Source: Actinomycetota bacterium
GTDB lineage: Bacteria > Actinomycetota > Acidimicrobiia > Spongiisociales > UBA11373
Assembly (NCBI GenBank): GCA_018821365.1
Contig: JAHJML010000174.1
Span: 10,067 to 74,066 of the forward strand
Reading direction: 5' to 3'
DNA length: 64,000 nt
The position numbers were made by a program, and so were the translations under genes. Under the pieces are notes generated by a model that saw only the letters and a list, made by a program, of their open reading frames with translations, ran no database searches and had not been told where the DNA came from. Below, piece by piece: positions 49,467 through 59,245 of this stretch. Positions within the stretch are counted from its first letter, which is position 1, and each line of letters begins with the position of its first letter.

Positions 49467-51146
49467 TCAGCGGGGAAGGAACAACTCGGCCAGGGTGTAG
49501 AACGCCTTGGCCACCCGGGAGCGGGGGCTGAAGGTCACCGCCGGCACTCCCTCGTTGACCGACTGGGGAATCAACCGGTCGGATGGGATCGAGGCCGCCA
49601 CCTTCTCCCCGAGCGCCCGTTCCAGTTCGGCGAGGTCGAGACGCGCCTTGCTGTTGGCCCGGTTGACCGTGAGGTGGACCTTCCCGGTGTCGAAGCCGAT
49701 CGCCCGCAGCGTGTCGAGGGCGATCTTGGCGTTCTTGACGCTGGGCAAGTCCATGTCGACGACCAGCAAGACGTCGTCGGAGTGCTCGAGAAGCGTGATG
49801 AGGCCGTCGTCGAAGATCGGGGCGGTGTCCACCACCACGAAGGAGTACATCCCCCGCAGCATCTCGACCACCCGCACGACGTCCTTGGGCCCGATCTTGT
49901 CGGCACCCGCCGGCACCAGCGGCGCCGGCATCACCCGGAGCCCCGAGTCGTGGCGCAGCAGGATGGCATCGAGGCGGGGCTCCGTCAGTTCGTCGATGAT
50001 GGCGGCGGCGTCGACGATGGTTCGGGACGGATCGATCTGAAGCATCAGGGCCACGTCGCCGAACTGGAGATCGGCGTCGACGATGACCACCTTGTCCTCT
50101 CCGAGTCGCTCGGTGAGCGCGGCCGCCAGGTTGGTGGCGGTGATCGTCTTGCCGGACCCGCCCTTGCCGGCCATCACCGTGATCACCCGGCCCCCGCCGG
50201 GCCTTCGATGGGCCAGGGGAACCTCGACGGCAGCCACCTGCGGGATCGACATCGGGGCTGCCATGCCGGGCATCGGCGGCGGGGTGGCCGGCATCGGCGG
50301 CGCCTCAACCAGAAGCTCCGGCGGCGGGGGCGGGCTCGGGAGCATGGGAGGGGCAAACGGCACATCCTGGACCGGCACCGAGGGCTCGGCTACGGCCGCC
50401 GGCGGCGCTATGAGTTCCGGTGGAGCCGCAATCGGCATGTCGAGGGGGGCCGGAGCGGGCGGCGCCGGGATCGGAGCCGCCTGGGGCGCCGCCGGGGCCG
50501 CCGCGGCGATCTCATCGGCGAAGATCGCTTCGGTGCCGGAACCCGACGAGAAGCTCTCGAAGGTGGCTTGCGGCGCCGTGAAGGCGCCGAAGGCGGGCGG
50601 GGCCGGGGTCGTTATGGCCGGTGTGGCTGGGAACTGGTCGGGGAGGCTCCGGGTCGGAGGCGGCTCGGGGGCGGTGGCGGCGCCCGGCTCCTCGATCGGG
50701 TCCATGGAGACGTGTGGATGGCCGGCGGGCGGCGCCGCGCTCGCCAAGACCACCGGGACCGAACGCGCCTCGTCGAGGGCATCGGTGCGGCTCAGCACCT
50801 CCCCGAGCTTGCGGGTCGACAGCGGTGCATCGATGACGTCGGCGAATCCGGAGCGCAACGCCATGCGGAGCACCCGGTTGGTCGGCACGTCGGCAACCAG
50901 AACGGTCAGGAGGGTGCGATCGGCCTCGCGCAGCACGGCGGCCGCGGCGACCCCCGGCTCGGTTCCGAAACTCGGGCCCACCAGGGCCAGATCGAAGCGG
51001 CCACCCTCGGCGATGGCTGCCGCCTCCTCCATCGAGCGCGCCCCCACGATGCGATCGTCCGGCAGCATGGCCGTCAGGGCGTCGGCGAACCCCAGGTCGG
51101 GGTCGACGACGAGAACCAGGCGGCCCTGGGGGGACCCGGCGGTCAT
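49467..51146 (-). CDS. ParA/MinD-type ATPase with N-terminal receiver-like domain and long Pro-rich linker (Ssd/CpaE/TadZ-like)
   Basis: N-terminal approx 120 aa REC-like (LVLVVDPD...). Pro/Ala-rich low-complexity residues approx 150-330. C-terminal deviant Walker A VMAGKGGSGKT and a MinD/ParA body. Confidence 0.65.
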   Translation of the reverse strand: MTAGSPQGRLVLVVDPDLGFADALTAMLPDDRIVGARSMEEAAAIAEGGRFDLALVGPSFGTEPGVAAAAVLREADRTLLTVLVADVPTNRVLRMALRSGFADVIDAPLSTRKLGEVLSRTDALDEARSVPVVLASAAPPAGHPHVSMDPIEEPGAATAPEPPPTRSLPDQFPATPAITTPAPPAFGAFTAPQATFESFSSGSGTEAIFADEIAAAAPAAPQAAPIPAPPAPAPLDMPIAAPPELIAPPAAVAEPSVPVQDVPFAPPMLPSPPPPPELLVEAPPMPATPPPMPGMAAPMSIPQVAAVEVPLAHRRPGGGRVITVMAGKGGSGKTITATNLAAALTERLGEDKVVIVDADLQFGDVALMLQIDPSRTIVDAAAIIDELTEPRLDAILLRHDSGLRVMPAPLVPAGADKIGPKDVVRVVEMLRGMYSFVVVDTAPIFDDGLITLLEHSDDVLLVVDMDLPSVKNAKIALDTLRAIGFDTGKVHLTVNRANSKARLDLAELERALGEKVAASIPSDRLIPQSVNEGVPAVTFSPRSRVAKAFYTLAELFLPR

Positions 51147-51262
51147 GCTCTCCTGCCTTCTTCGGACGTTGCTCGACGGCGCGGTGCGCCGTCACGGAGA
51201 GCGTCGGTCCGGAAAGCAGGCTGCTTGAGGGTTTCGGGGCGGTCGGCCGTGCCGGCGAGCGG

Positions 51263-52951
51263 CTACTTGCGGCCGATCCCCTTCTCCTTCAGTTCCGCCA
51301 GGATCGCTTCGAGGTCGGCGGTGATCGGCGGCTCGTCGAGGCGCTCGGGCTTGGCGTCCTCGCGCTCGAACTCCTTGCGCTGGCGCCGCGGCGGGCCGCT
51401 CCGCTCCTCGCCGGCCCACTGCTGGCGATCCTCCCACTCGGGGGATGCCTGCTTGATGGACAGGCTGATGCGGCGGCGGTTCACGTCGATCTCGGTGATC
51501 TTCACCTTGACCTGCTGTCCCAGCGAGAGCTCCAACTCGGGGCTCTCGACGTGGTGCATGGCGATCTCCGAGACGTGCACCAGGCCTTCGACACCGTCGG
51601 TGACGGCCACGAACGCCCCGAACGGGACCGTCTTGGTCACCTCGCCGTCGACGACGGACCCCACTCCGTTCGACTCGGCGAACGACTCCCAGGGGTCGTC
51701 CCGGGTCTGTCGGATCGACAGCGAGATGCGCTCCCGCTCCCGATCGACCTCGAGCACCTTGACGTTGACCTCGTCGCCCACCGAGACGACCTCGGAAGGA
51801 TGGCTGACGTGCTGCCACGACAACTCCGATACGTGGACCAGGCCGTCCATCCCGCCCAGGTCCACGAAGGCCCCGAAGTTGACCACCGAGGACACCACCC
51901 CGGACCGCATCTCGTCCGGCTGCAGGCCGTCGAGGAACTCCTGGCGCTGGTCGGCCTGGGCCTCTTCGAGGTGGGCCCGACGGGACAGCACGACGTTGTT
52001 GCGGTTCTTGTCCAACTCGATGACCTTGGCCTCGAGCTTCTCACCGATGAAGGGATGCAGGTCGCGGACCCGCCGCAGATCCACCAGCGAGGCGGGCAGG
52101 AACCCCCGCAGGCCGATGTCCACGATGAGGCCGCCCTTGACCACCTCGATGACCTGACCGGTCACCGTCCCGCCCTCGTTCATGATCTGCTCGATGCGGC
52201 CCCAGGCGCGCTCGTACTGGGCGCGCTTCTTGGAGAGGATGAGGCGGCCTTCGGCATCCTCCATCTGCAGGACGAGGGCTTCGATCTCCTCGCCCACACT
52301 GACGATCTCCGCCGGGTTGACCGAATTGCGGATCGACAACTCGTTGCCGGGGATGACACCCTCGGATTTGAAGCCGATGTCGACGAGCACCTCGTCCGGA
52401 TCGACCCTGACGACGGTGCCGGTGACGATGCTGCCCTCGGAGAACTCGATGACGGTCTTCTCGACCGCCGCCGCGAAGTCCGCCTCGGAGAGGTCGCCGG
52501 CCAGGTCGCCGAGATCGGCCAATCCGTCTGCCGGCCTGGGCGCGATCGGCGCCTCCTGGCGCATGATCGTCGCCGAGGTGGTGGGCTCGGGGAGCACCGT
52601 CGGCTTGCGAACCGGCTTCTCGGCCGGCGGAGCGGCTTCCTCGGCCGCAGCCACCGCCTCCTCGATCGGGGCGTCCACCGCAGGAGCAGGCTCCTCGGCG
52701 GGGGCTTCCGCGGCAGGCTCAGCAACCGCCTCCTCGATGGGGGCGTCCGCCACAGGAGCGGGCTCCTCGGCGGGGGCTTCCGCCGCGGGAGCGTCGACCG
52801 CTTCCTCAGCAGGTGCCGCCTCCTTCTCGGGGTCGGATTCGGCTGCTTCTGGGGCCGTCGGCTCGATGGCTTCCGGCATCGCCTCGTCCGTGGTTGCTTC
52901 CGGCTCCTGGCCTTCTGCGTCCACAGGCGCGTTCGTCGTGTCTTCGGTCAT
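51263..52951 (-). CDS. rpsA: 30S ribosomal protein S1 with approx 140-aa acidic Ala/Pro/Glu-rich N-terminal extension
   Basis: Four or more S1 domains (GSIVTGTVVRVD..., GTVTGQVIEV..., GVVSSVVNFGAFVDLGG...). Start chosen at ATG 52949-52951 (MTEDTTN). The extension contains two copies of an approx 23-aa repeat. Confidence 0.85.
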   Translation of the reverse strand: MTEDTTNAPVDAEGQEPEATTDEAMPEAIEPTAPEAAESDPEKEAAPAEEAVDAPAAEAPAEEPAPVADAPIEEAVAEPAAEAPAEEPAPAVDAPIEEAVAAAEEAAPPAEKPVRKPTVLPEPTTSATIMRQEAPIAPRPADGLADLGDLAGDLSEADFAAAVEKTVIEFSEGSIVTGTVVRVDPDEVLVDIGFKSEGVIPGNELSIRNSVNPAEIVSVGEEIEALVLQMEDAEGRLILSKKRAQYERAWGRIEQIMNEGGTVTGQVIEVVKGGLIVDIGLRGFLPASLVDLRRVRDLHPFIGEKLEAKVIELDKNRNNVVLSRRAHLEEAQADQRQEFLDGLQPDEMRSGVVSSVVNFGAFVDLGGMDGLVHVSELSWQHVSHPSEVVSVGDEVNVKVLEVDRERERISLSIRQTRDDPWESFAESNGVGSVVDGEVTKTVPFGAFVAVTDGVEGLVHVSEIAMHHVESPELELSLGQQVKVKITEIDVNRRRISLSIKQASPEWEDRQQWAGEERSGPPRRQRKEFEREDAKPERLDEPPITADLEAILAELKEKGIGRK

Positions 52952-53039
52952 GGGTATGGAGTGTCTCCTCAATGGAAGCTCTTCGGCACGCGACCGAAGG
53001 CGCCGGAACGATACCACAGGGGTTTGGCGTCGCGACCGG

Positions 53040-55667
53040 TCAGCCCTTGGCGTCCCCCAGCGTGCGCCCGGTGGCGATATCGACCAGCAGCGGGACCTCG
53101 AGGACCGAAACCCCCTCCATGACCTCCCTGACCAGGGCCTCGGCCCGCTCCATCTCCCCCTCCGGCACCTCGAAAACCAGTTCGTCGTGCACCTGCAGCA
53201 GCATGGCGGTTGCCATCCACTCCCCGGTCAGTCTGACATCGAGTTCGATCATCGCCTGCTTGATGATGTCGGCGGCGGCTCCCTGGATCGGGGCGTTGAG
53301 CGCCATCCGCTCGCCGGCCTGCCGAATCCGGTAGTTGCCGGAGGCCAGTTCGGGCAGGTAGCGGCGCCGCCCCATCAGGGTGGTGGTGTAGCCGTCGTGA
53401 CGGGCTCGCTCCACGATCCCCTCCATGAACGCCTGCACCTGGGGGAACTGGGCGAAGTAGGCGTCCATGTGCGCCTGGGCCTCCTCGGTCGAGATCTCGA
53501 GGCGCTGGGCCAGGCCGTAGGCCTCCATCCCGTACAACAGGCCGAAGTTGATGGTCTTGGCCCGCCGCCGCAGATCGGGATCGACCGCCTCCGGATCGGC
53601 CCCGAACACCCGGGCCGCAGTGGCGGAGTGGATGTCCCCGCCGGTTCGGAAGGCTTCGAGCAGCCCGGGGTCCCCGCTGAGGTGCGCCAGTATCCGCAAC
53701 TCGATCTGGCTGTAGTCGGCGACCAGGAACCGGTGGCCCTCGTCGGCGACGAAGGCCCGGCGGATGGTCCGCCCTTCCTCGGTGCGGATCGGGATGTTCT
53801 GCATGTTGGGCCGTTCGCTCGACAGCCGGCCGGTCGCCGCCCCGGTCTGGTTGAACACGCAGTGGATCCGGCCGTCCCGGCCGATCAAGGGAATCAGTCC
53901 GTCGACATAGGTAGAGCGCAGTTTCTCGAGCGCCCGGTACTCGAGAAGGTGATCGACCACCGGGTGCTCCGATGCGAGCTTCTGGAGAACCGACGCATCC
54001 GTGGAGGGTGCTCCCTTGGGGGTCTTCTTGAGGACCGGGAGCGCCAGTTTGTCGTAGAGGATCTCTCTCAACTGCAGGCTCGAGTTGATGTTGAAGGGCT
54101 CGCCGGCGGCCTGGTAGATCCGGGCTTCCAGCCCGGCGAGGCGATCCCGCAGGCTCTCCCCCAGTTCTACCAGGTACTGGCGGTCGACCCCGATCCCGGC
54201 TTCCTCCATCCGGGCCAGCACCCGCACCAGCGGAAGCTCCAACTCACGCAAGACCGTGGCACCGCCCCTGGCCTCCAGTTGCTCGGTGAGCGGCTCCACC
54301 AGGCGGGCCACCGCCGTCGCCCTGCGGGCGGCCCCCTCCAGGTCCGGCCCCGCGCCCCCGAAGTCCAGCGTCCCCTGAGCGCCCCCCGCCTTCTGGTCGG
54401 CCGACGGGCCGATCTCCAACCCCAGCACCGTCCCCGCCAGTTCGGCCAGATCGGGGGCCCGCTCGGCCGGGTTGATGACGTACCCGGCCAGCGAGGTGTC
54501 GAACTCCAGGCCGTCGAAGTCCAGGTCCATCTCGAACAGCGCCCGTACCAGTGGCTTGGCATCGTGGAGGATCTTGGGGACTGCCGGGTCGGCGAACGCC
54601 GCCTCGAGCGGTCCGAAGTGCTCGGCCGGGACGAAGGAAGCCTCTCCTTCGTCCCCTGCGATCATCACCCCGATCAGGGCCTCGTGGTCCCACACCGGCT
54701 CCATGACCAGGGGGCCGGCCGCCAACTCGGCGAGCCGCCGAGGGTCGCGGACCGTGGCGACCTCGACGTCGATCGCCTCGTCCGCCTGTGGCGCCCCGGC
54801 CCCGCCGATCTCCTGGAGCCGCTGCCACAAGGTCTTGAAGGCCAGGCCGTTGAAGACCTCACGGACTTGGGCGGCGTCCCATTCCTCGAGGCGGAAGGAC
54901 TCGATATCGTCGTCCAGCGGCACCGAGTCGACCAGGTAGGTGAGGCGGCGGTTGAGGAACACCTGCTCCCTGGCCGCCTCCAGGCTCTCGCGGAGGCGGG
55001 GGGTCTGGTCCTCGAGATGCTCGTAGATCCCGTCGAGATCGCCGTACTCGGACACCAGTTTGGTGGCGGTCTTCTCTCCCACCCCGGGCACCCCGGGCAG
55101 GTTGTCGCTGGAGTCTCCCCGCAGCGCCGCATAGTCGGGGTACTGGTCGGGCCGAATGCCGTACTTCTTCTGGATGTAGGCGGCATCGGCGGCGACGTTG
55201 TCGCTGATCCCCCGCAGGGTGTAGATCACGGTGACCCGGTCGTCGATCAGTTGGAAGGCATCCCGGTCGCCGGTCACCACCAGCACGTCCCACCCCGCCT
55301 CGGCCGCCCGCTTCGCCAGGGTGCAGATGATGTCGTCGGCCTCGTACCCGGGAGCCTGCAGTTGGGCGAACCGCAGTGCGTCGGCCACCTCCCGGATCAG
55401 CGGGACCTGGCTGCGGAACAGATCGGGGGCCGCCCTCCGGTTGGCCTTGTACTCCTCGAAGGCTTCGCTGCGGAAGGTGGCCTCCGGGGTGTCCCAGGCG
55501 ACCGCCAGCGCGTCCGGGTGCTCGTCCCCGAGCAGTTTGATCACCATGGAGGTGAACCCGAAGACCGCATTGGTCACCTGGCCCGCTGGCGTCGCCAGAT
55601 CGGTCGGCAGGGCGTAGAACGCCCGATAGGCGAGGCTGTATCCGTCGAGGAGGGCGAGCGTCGGCAT
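53040..55667 (-). CDS. polA: DNA polymerase I
   Basis: 875 aa: 5-3 exonuclease N-terminus (MPTLALLDGYSLAYRAFYAL), polymerase motifs (RRRAKTINFGLLYG..., QVHDELVFE). Confidence 0.9.
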   Translation of the reverse strand: MPTLALLDGYSLAYRAFYALPTDLATPAGQVTNAVFGFTSMVIKLLGDEHPDALAVAWDTPEATFRSEAFEEYKANRRAAPDLFRSQVPLIREVADALRFAQLQAPGYEADDIICTLAKRAAEAGWDVLVVTGDRDAFQLIDDRVTVIYTLRGISDNVAADAAYIQKKYGIRPDQYPDYAALRGDSSDNLPGVPGVGEKTATKLVSEYGDLDGIYEHLEDQTPRLRESLEAAREQVFLNRRLTYLVDSVPLDDDIESFRLEEWDAAQVREVFNGLAFKTLWQRLQEIGGAGAPQADEAIDVEVATVRDPRRLAELAAGPLVMEPVWDHEALIGVMIAGDEGEASFVPAEHFGPLEAAFADPAVPKILHDAKPLVRALFEMDLDFDGLEFDTSLAGYVINPAERAPDLAELAGTVLGLEIGPSADQKAGGAQGTLDFGGAGPDLEGAARRATAVARLVEPLTEQLEARGGATVLRELELPLVRVLARMEEAGIGVDRQYLVELGESLRDRLAGLEARIYQAAGEPFNINSSLQLREILYDKLALPVLKKTPKGAPSTDASVLQKLASEHPVVDHLLEYRALEKLRSTYVDGLIPLIGRDGRIHCVFNQTGAATGRLSSERPNMQNIPIRTEEGRTIRRAFVADEGHRFLVADYSQIELRILAHLSGDPGLLEAFRTGGDIHSATAARVFGADPEAVDPDLRRRAKTINFGLLYGMEAYGLAQRLEISTEEAQAHMDAYFAQFPQVQAFMEGIVERARHDGYTTTLMGRRRYLPELASGNYRIRQAGERMALNAPIQGAAADIIKQAMIELDVRLTGEWMATAMLLQVHDELVFEVPEGEMERAEALVREVMEGVSVLEVPLLVDIATGRTLGDAKG

Positions 55668-55697
55668 GGCGGCGATCTTAGGTCGTGGGCGCCGGGT

Positions 55698-55970
55698 TCA
55701 CCCGAGCCGTTCGAGCAGGCGCTCCCGCTTCGCCTCCAGGCGGGCGCGCCTCGACTGCAGGCCGGCCAGCGTCGTACGGAACCGGGCGACATCGCCGGCC
55801 GTCATCCGGGCGTCGTCCCGCTCCAGTGGCCCGCCCACCGCAGCATCCCGGCGGGCGTCGTCGTCGAGGTGCTCCAGCATCCCCAGTTCGCCCTCGGTGA
55901 GCCGCTCCTCGGCCCGCAGCCGATCGATCTCCTCGTTGAGGCGGAACAGGCGATCGTGGATGCGGCTCAT
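55698..55970 (-). CDS. hypothetical small coiled-coil protein
   Basis: MSRIHDRLFRLNEEIDRLRAEERLTEGELGMLEHL...; start placed at ATG 55968-55970 so it does not overlap the tRNA. No recognisable family. Confidence 0.3.
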   Translation of the reverse strand: MSRIHDRLFRLNEEIDRLRAEERLTEGELGMLEHLDDDARRDAAVGGPLERDDARMTAGDVARFRTTLAGLQSRRARLEAKRERLLERLG

Positions 55971-56003
55971 GGTGGTGCCCGGCGCGGATATCATCCTGGC
56001 TGC

Positions 56004-56089
56004 GCCGGGATGGCGGAATGGTAGACGCGACGGACTCAAAATCCGTTGAGCTCACGCTCGTGGGGGTTCGACTCCCCCTCCCGGTACCA
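56004..56089 (+). tRNA. tRNA-Leu (anticodon CAA), type II, CCA encoded
   Basis: GCCGGGATGGCGGAATGGTAGACGCGACGGACTCAAAATCCGTTGAGCTCACGCTCGTGGGGGTTCGACTCCCCCTCCCGGTACCA. Anticodon loop CTCAAAA. Confidence 0.85.
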
Positions 56090-56430
56090 GCGGGGCGCGG
56101 CTTGGTGTTACTGCAGATGCTTCGACGCGGTTGGCGCTCCGGAAATGGAGGGTTCCCGCGTCGGAGCGGCTCCAAGTACCAACCGGTCCGCCCCACGGCA
56201 AGGGGGTAGGGTTCGACTCCCCCTCCCGGTACCAGCGGGGCGCGGCTTGGTGTTACTGCAGATGCTTCGACGCGGTTGGCGCTCCTGAAATGGAGGGTTC
56301 CCGCGTCGGGCTGGCTCCAAGTACCAACCGGTCCGCCCCACAGCAAGGGGGTCGGGTTCGAGTCCCCCTCCCGGTACTAGCGGGGCGCCGCTTGGTGCCA
56401 CTGAAGGTTCTTGCACGCGATTGACCGTCA
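56090..56430 (+). repeat. tandem array of two 145-nt units plus a diverged partial third; each unit ends in a 26-nt copy of the tRNA-Leu(CAA) 3-prime end (att-like core)
   Basis: Unit 1 56090-56234 and unit 2 56235-56379 are about 95% identical. Both end ...GGGTTCGA(C/G)TCCCCCTCCCGGTAC(C/T)A. Unit 3 diverges after about 25 nt. Confidence 0.75.
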
Positions 56431-56550
56431 CCCGGATCGCGATGCTCCGTCAGGCGGTGGCGATCGTGCTCCTGCTCGTGGTGCGCTCGATCATGGGGAG
56501 GCGGCGCAAGGCCTGAGGGCGAGGCACGGCCGCTTTCAGCCGACCTCGCT

Positions 56551-57084
56551 ATGCTTCGGTTTCGAAGGGTAGACCTGATGTCGCCGAGGCGGCTCATTGT
56601 CGGGATCGTTGCCCTGCTCGTGTCAGGGTGCGGGGCTGCCGCTCAACCCCAGCCCGGGGTCCGCTTCGTGGCAATACTGCCCGTTCCTGTCGACCAGGCG
56701 TCGCGGGCGGTGCTCACCTTCGACATCTCCGATGACGGCAGGCTCATCGAGTACCTGCTCCTCGATCTCACCGATCTCGAATGTGCCACCGTTGGCGCCG
56801 AGCGCTCGAACTTCGTGCAACTCGTCGACGCACCGATCGAGGCCGGACGGTTCACCGTTGAGAGCTCGGGCGTCGGGGTGCTCAGCGGACAATTCGTGTC
56901 CCCGACCCATGCCCGCGGCGAGGTGACGCTGCACATCGACACGCTCGGGGCGCTCACCAACTTCATCATCCACGACCCGGACGCCTCGTGCGACCTGGGC
57001 ACCTACCAATGGGAGGCCGAGGCTGCCGGCGAGGCGCCGTCGATGCCGACGGCGCCCTCCCTGCCCTCCGAGGTCGTGCCGTAG
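56551..57084 (+). CDS. hypothetical lipoprotein
   Basis: Lipobox LLVSGCGAAAQ. Likely start at the internal ATG approx 56578. Confidence 0.45.
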   Translation: MLRFRRVDLMSPRRLIVGIVALLVSGCGAAAQPQPGVRFVAILPVPVDQASRAVLTFDISDDGRLIEYLLLDLTDLECATVGAERSNFVQLVDAPIEAGRFTVESSGVGVLSGQFVSPTHARGEVTLHIDTLGALTNFIIHDPDASCDLGTYQWEAEAAGEAPSMPTAPSLPSEVVP

Positions 57085-57507
57085 GGCGTCGCCGGTGCCC
57101 GGGCTACCTCTTCACACACATGTCGTCGGCAGAGCACCACCGCCAGTGGAACGGTGCCACGATGCCCCGGTCAGTTCCTTTCTCGAAGGAGACACAGATG
57201 ATCACCCGGTCGAGTCCCAGATTGGCGATTCCCCGTTGACCAGCGGGCAGATCACGGAAGCATCCTGCGTGGCCACCGTAGAACGTGGCGCTCGGCGGTC
57301 TCGTCACGGTTCCTCCGGCCGAGGACGCACGGTCGACGACTCGGTCGACTTCGTCGCTTGAGCGCACGTTGTGAGCGAGCGCCAGGGGTCCCGAGGGGGC
57401 GTTGATGTGACCATCCCCTGGGCCCCCCTGGGCCAGCGTGCAGGAAGGTCATCGGAGGTCGAGAGCACACCGGAAGCTCTCATCTGAGTCTGTCCGGGGA
57501 GGGCGTG

Positions 57508-58053
57508 TCAGGCTGGCCGCAGTGTCACCTCCCAGCTGCAGTTGTCCACGTACTCTGAGGAAGGTCCAGTGGGTTCAGTGACTAGCCGAAACTCATCGGA
57601 AGGCAAGACGTCGGACACCAGCTCTTGCGTGTCGGACACGCTGCCGGGGTCATCAGGGGCGGAGTAGGTGAGCCACCAGTAGACGTCCTCAGGGCCGAAG
57701 GCACTGCTCTTCTCAATCCTGACAACCATTGCGCACGAGCCGTCGTCGATGTAGCTGGCGGTCGCCTCGACGATGTAGCGGTTGGATGGCCCCGGTAGGG
57801 GGAAGGGTTCTGAGGTGAAGGCACCGGTGCCGGAGAGGTGCACGGCTCCCTCCGCAAGGGTGGTGGTGCCCAGCGTGGTCGTTGTAGGTGGTGGTTCAGT
57901 TGTGGTTGTGGGCTGTGTTTCGGTCGTGGTCGCCTGACTACCGGTGGTGATCGAGGTGGATGCCCCAGTGGTAGTGAGGGTGCCCCCGTCGTCGCCACAG
58001 GCAGTGAGCATGAGAGACACCAGTGTGAGGACGAGGGCCGCTCGGGTCCGCAT
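57508..58053 (-). CDS. hypothetical lipoprotein with Thr-rich linker
   Basis: Lipobox LMLTACGDD followed by T-rich low complexity, then a globular domain. Lower GC than the window average. Confidence 0.5.
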   Translation of the reverse strand: MRTRAALVLTLVSLMLTACGDDGGTLTTTGASTSITTGSQATTTETQPTTTTEPPPTTTTLGTTTLAEGAVHLSGTGAFTSEPFPLPGPSNRYIVEATASYIDDGSCAMVVRIEKSSAFGPEDVYWWLTYSAPDDPGSVSDTQELVSDVLPSDEFRLVTEPTGPSSEYVDNCSWEVTLRPA

Positions 58054-58274
58054 GTCAAGCCTCCCCCTGGCGTTGTGATAGCAGGATACCCGGCGTGTGG
58101 TCTTCTTTGACTTGTCCGGACAAACGCGACTCGCCGCGGTGAACGGTCAAGCTGCCCCGTCAGCCGAGGGTGAGCGGCAGCGAGAAGTCGACTCTGGTGA
58201 AGTGTCCGCAGGGATCCTGAGGGACCGTTTCACGTACCCCGTCTGAGGATCAGTCTGAACCACCGGCCCGGCAG

Positions 58275-58706
58275 GTGGAGTTGGAGTACCTTGAGGGAGA
58301 GCAATTGGAGGTGTGTGTCACGCCCAAGACATGGTCGGCCATACTGATTGGGCTCGGTGTCACGGTTCTCACCTTCGTGATCCTTAGAGCATTCAGCGAC
58401 GACTTCTTGAGGGTGAGAGACGGCGGTAACTTCCGCCTCAGCCTTGTCTGGATGGTGATCCTGGGGTTTGGTATCGGTGGCGCGGCGCTGGCAGGAGTGA
58501 GGTATCACCCGCTCGTCGCGGCCGTCCCGGCAGTCCTCCTATTGGCCCTCTACGTTCCGGTCTTCAAGGATCTGATGGCTCCGAGTTGGTACCCGGAGTG
58601 GGTCAGGGCTGGGGTGTTGCCCGCGTTCAGTCCGGTGCCGTTCACGATCATTGGCGTGCTCGGCTTTTCGAGCCTGTGGTCGGCCTGGAATCGATGGCGC
58701 GACTGA
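58275..58706 (+). CDS. hypothetical four-TM membrane protein
   Basis: Hydrophobic helices and coherent lower-GC codon usage. Confidence 0.4.
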   Translation: MELEYLEGEQLEVCVTPKTWSAILIGLGVTVLTFVILRAFSDDFLRVRDGGNFRLSLVWMVILGFGIGGAALAGVRYHPLVAAVPAVLLLALYVPVFKDLMAPSWYPEWVRAGVLPAFSPVPFTIIGVLGFSSLWSAWNRWRD

Positions 58707-59245
58707 TGCCGTGCCAGCATCACGTCATCTGGGTCCTCCATTCCTGAAGGCAGCGGAAGCGGTCGTCTTACGGGGGTCGTCAGGGTCCGAGGACCACCGC
58801 CGTCCCCTCGGCCGGCGTGCCCTTACCAGATGGGTGAGAGGCTGAATCGAATTGCAGTGAACTTCTGACAGAGGTGCCGAGGGGCCCCTGACCCAACAGC
58901 ACCCTGGGGTGACGATTCCTCATCAGCTGCCCGCGCTGGTGAGAAGCGTCAGAGAGTCCGGCCCCCGGTCCTCCGAGCCACCCCCCACCTCCAGGCCGCA
59001 CTGCAATCCGCAGCGGGCGGTGCAACCAGTGGCCAAAGCCGGGGCCGACTTGCCTCCTGGTTGGCGATCGATGCTTGTTGAGCCCCAGAGGGGAGCCGCT
59101 CCGCCACTCGCGGCGGCCGACGTCACCTGCTCGGCCTATCGGCGTAGGGTGTGGGGATAGAAGATCTGGGGCCTGCTGCCCTGAGGCTTCCAAGCAGTTG
59201 GTTCCCGGATTGCAGCCAGCATCAGTGATGCGAAGGGAGAGCGAA

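Noticed and set aside
52182-56024. 1280-aa plus ORF spanning rpsA and polA antisense
   Set aside because: Antisense shadow. The only reason it is long is the absence of stop codons in GC-rich antisense frames.
56090-56379. Possibility that the 145-nt tandem units are tmRNA, extra tRNA genes or a CRISPR array
   Set aside because: Too short and lacking a tag-ORF for tmRNA. No cloverleaf for a full tRNA (only the T-arm and acceptor 3-prime half). The repeat unit is 145 nt with no unique spacers, so it is not CRISPR. Retained as an att-like array, with the RNA possibility noted.
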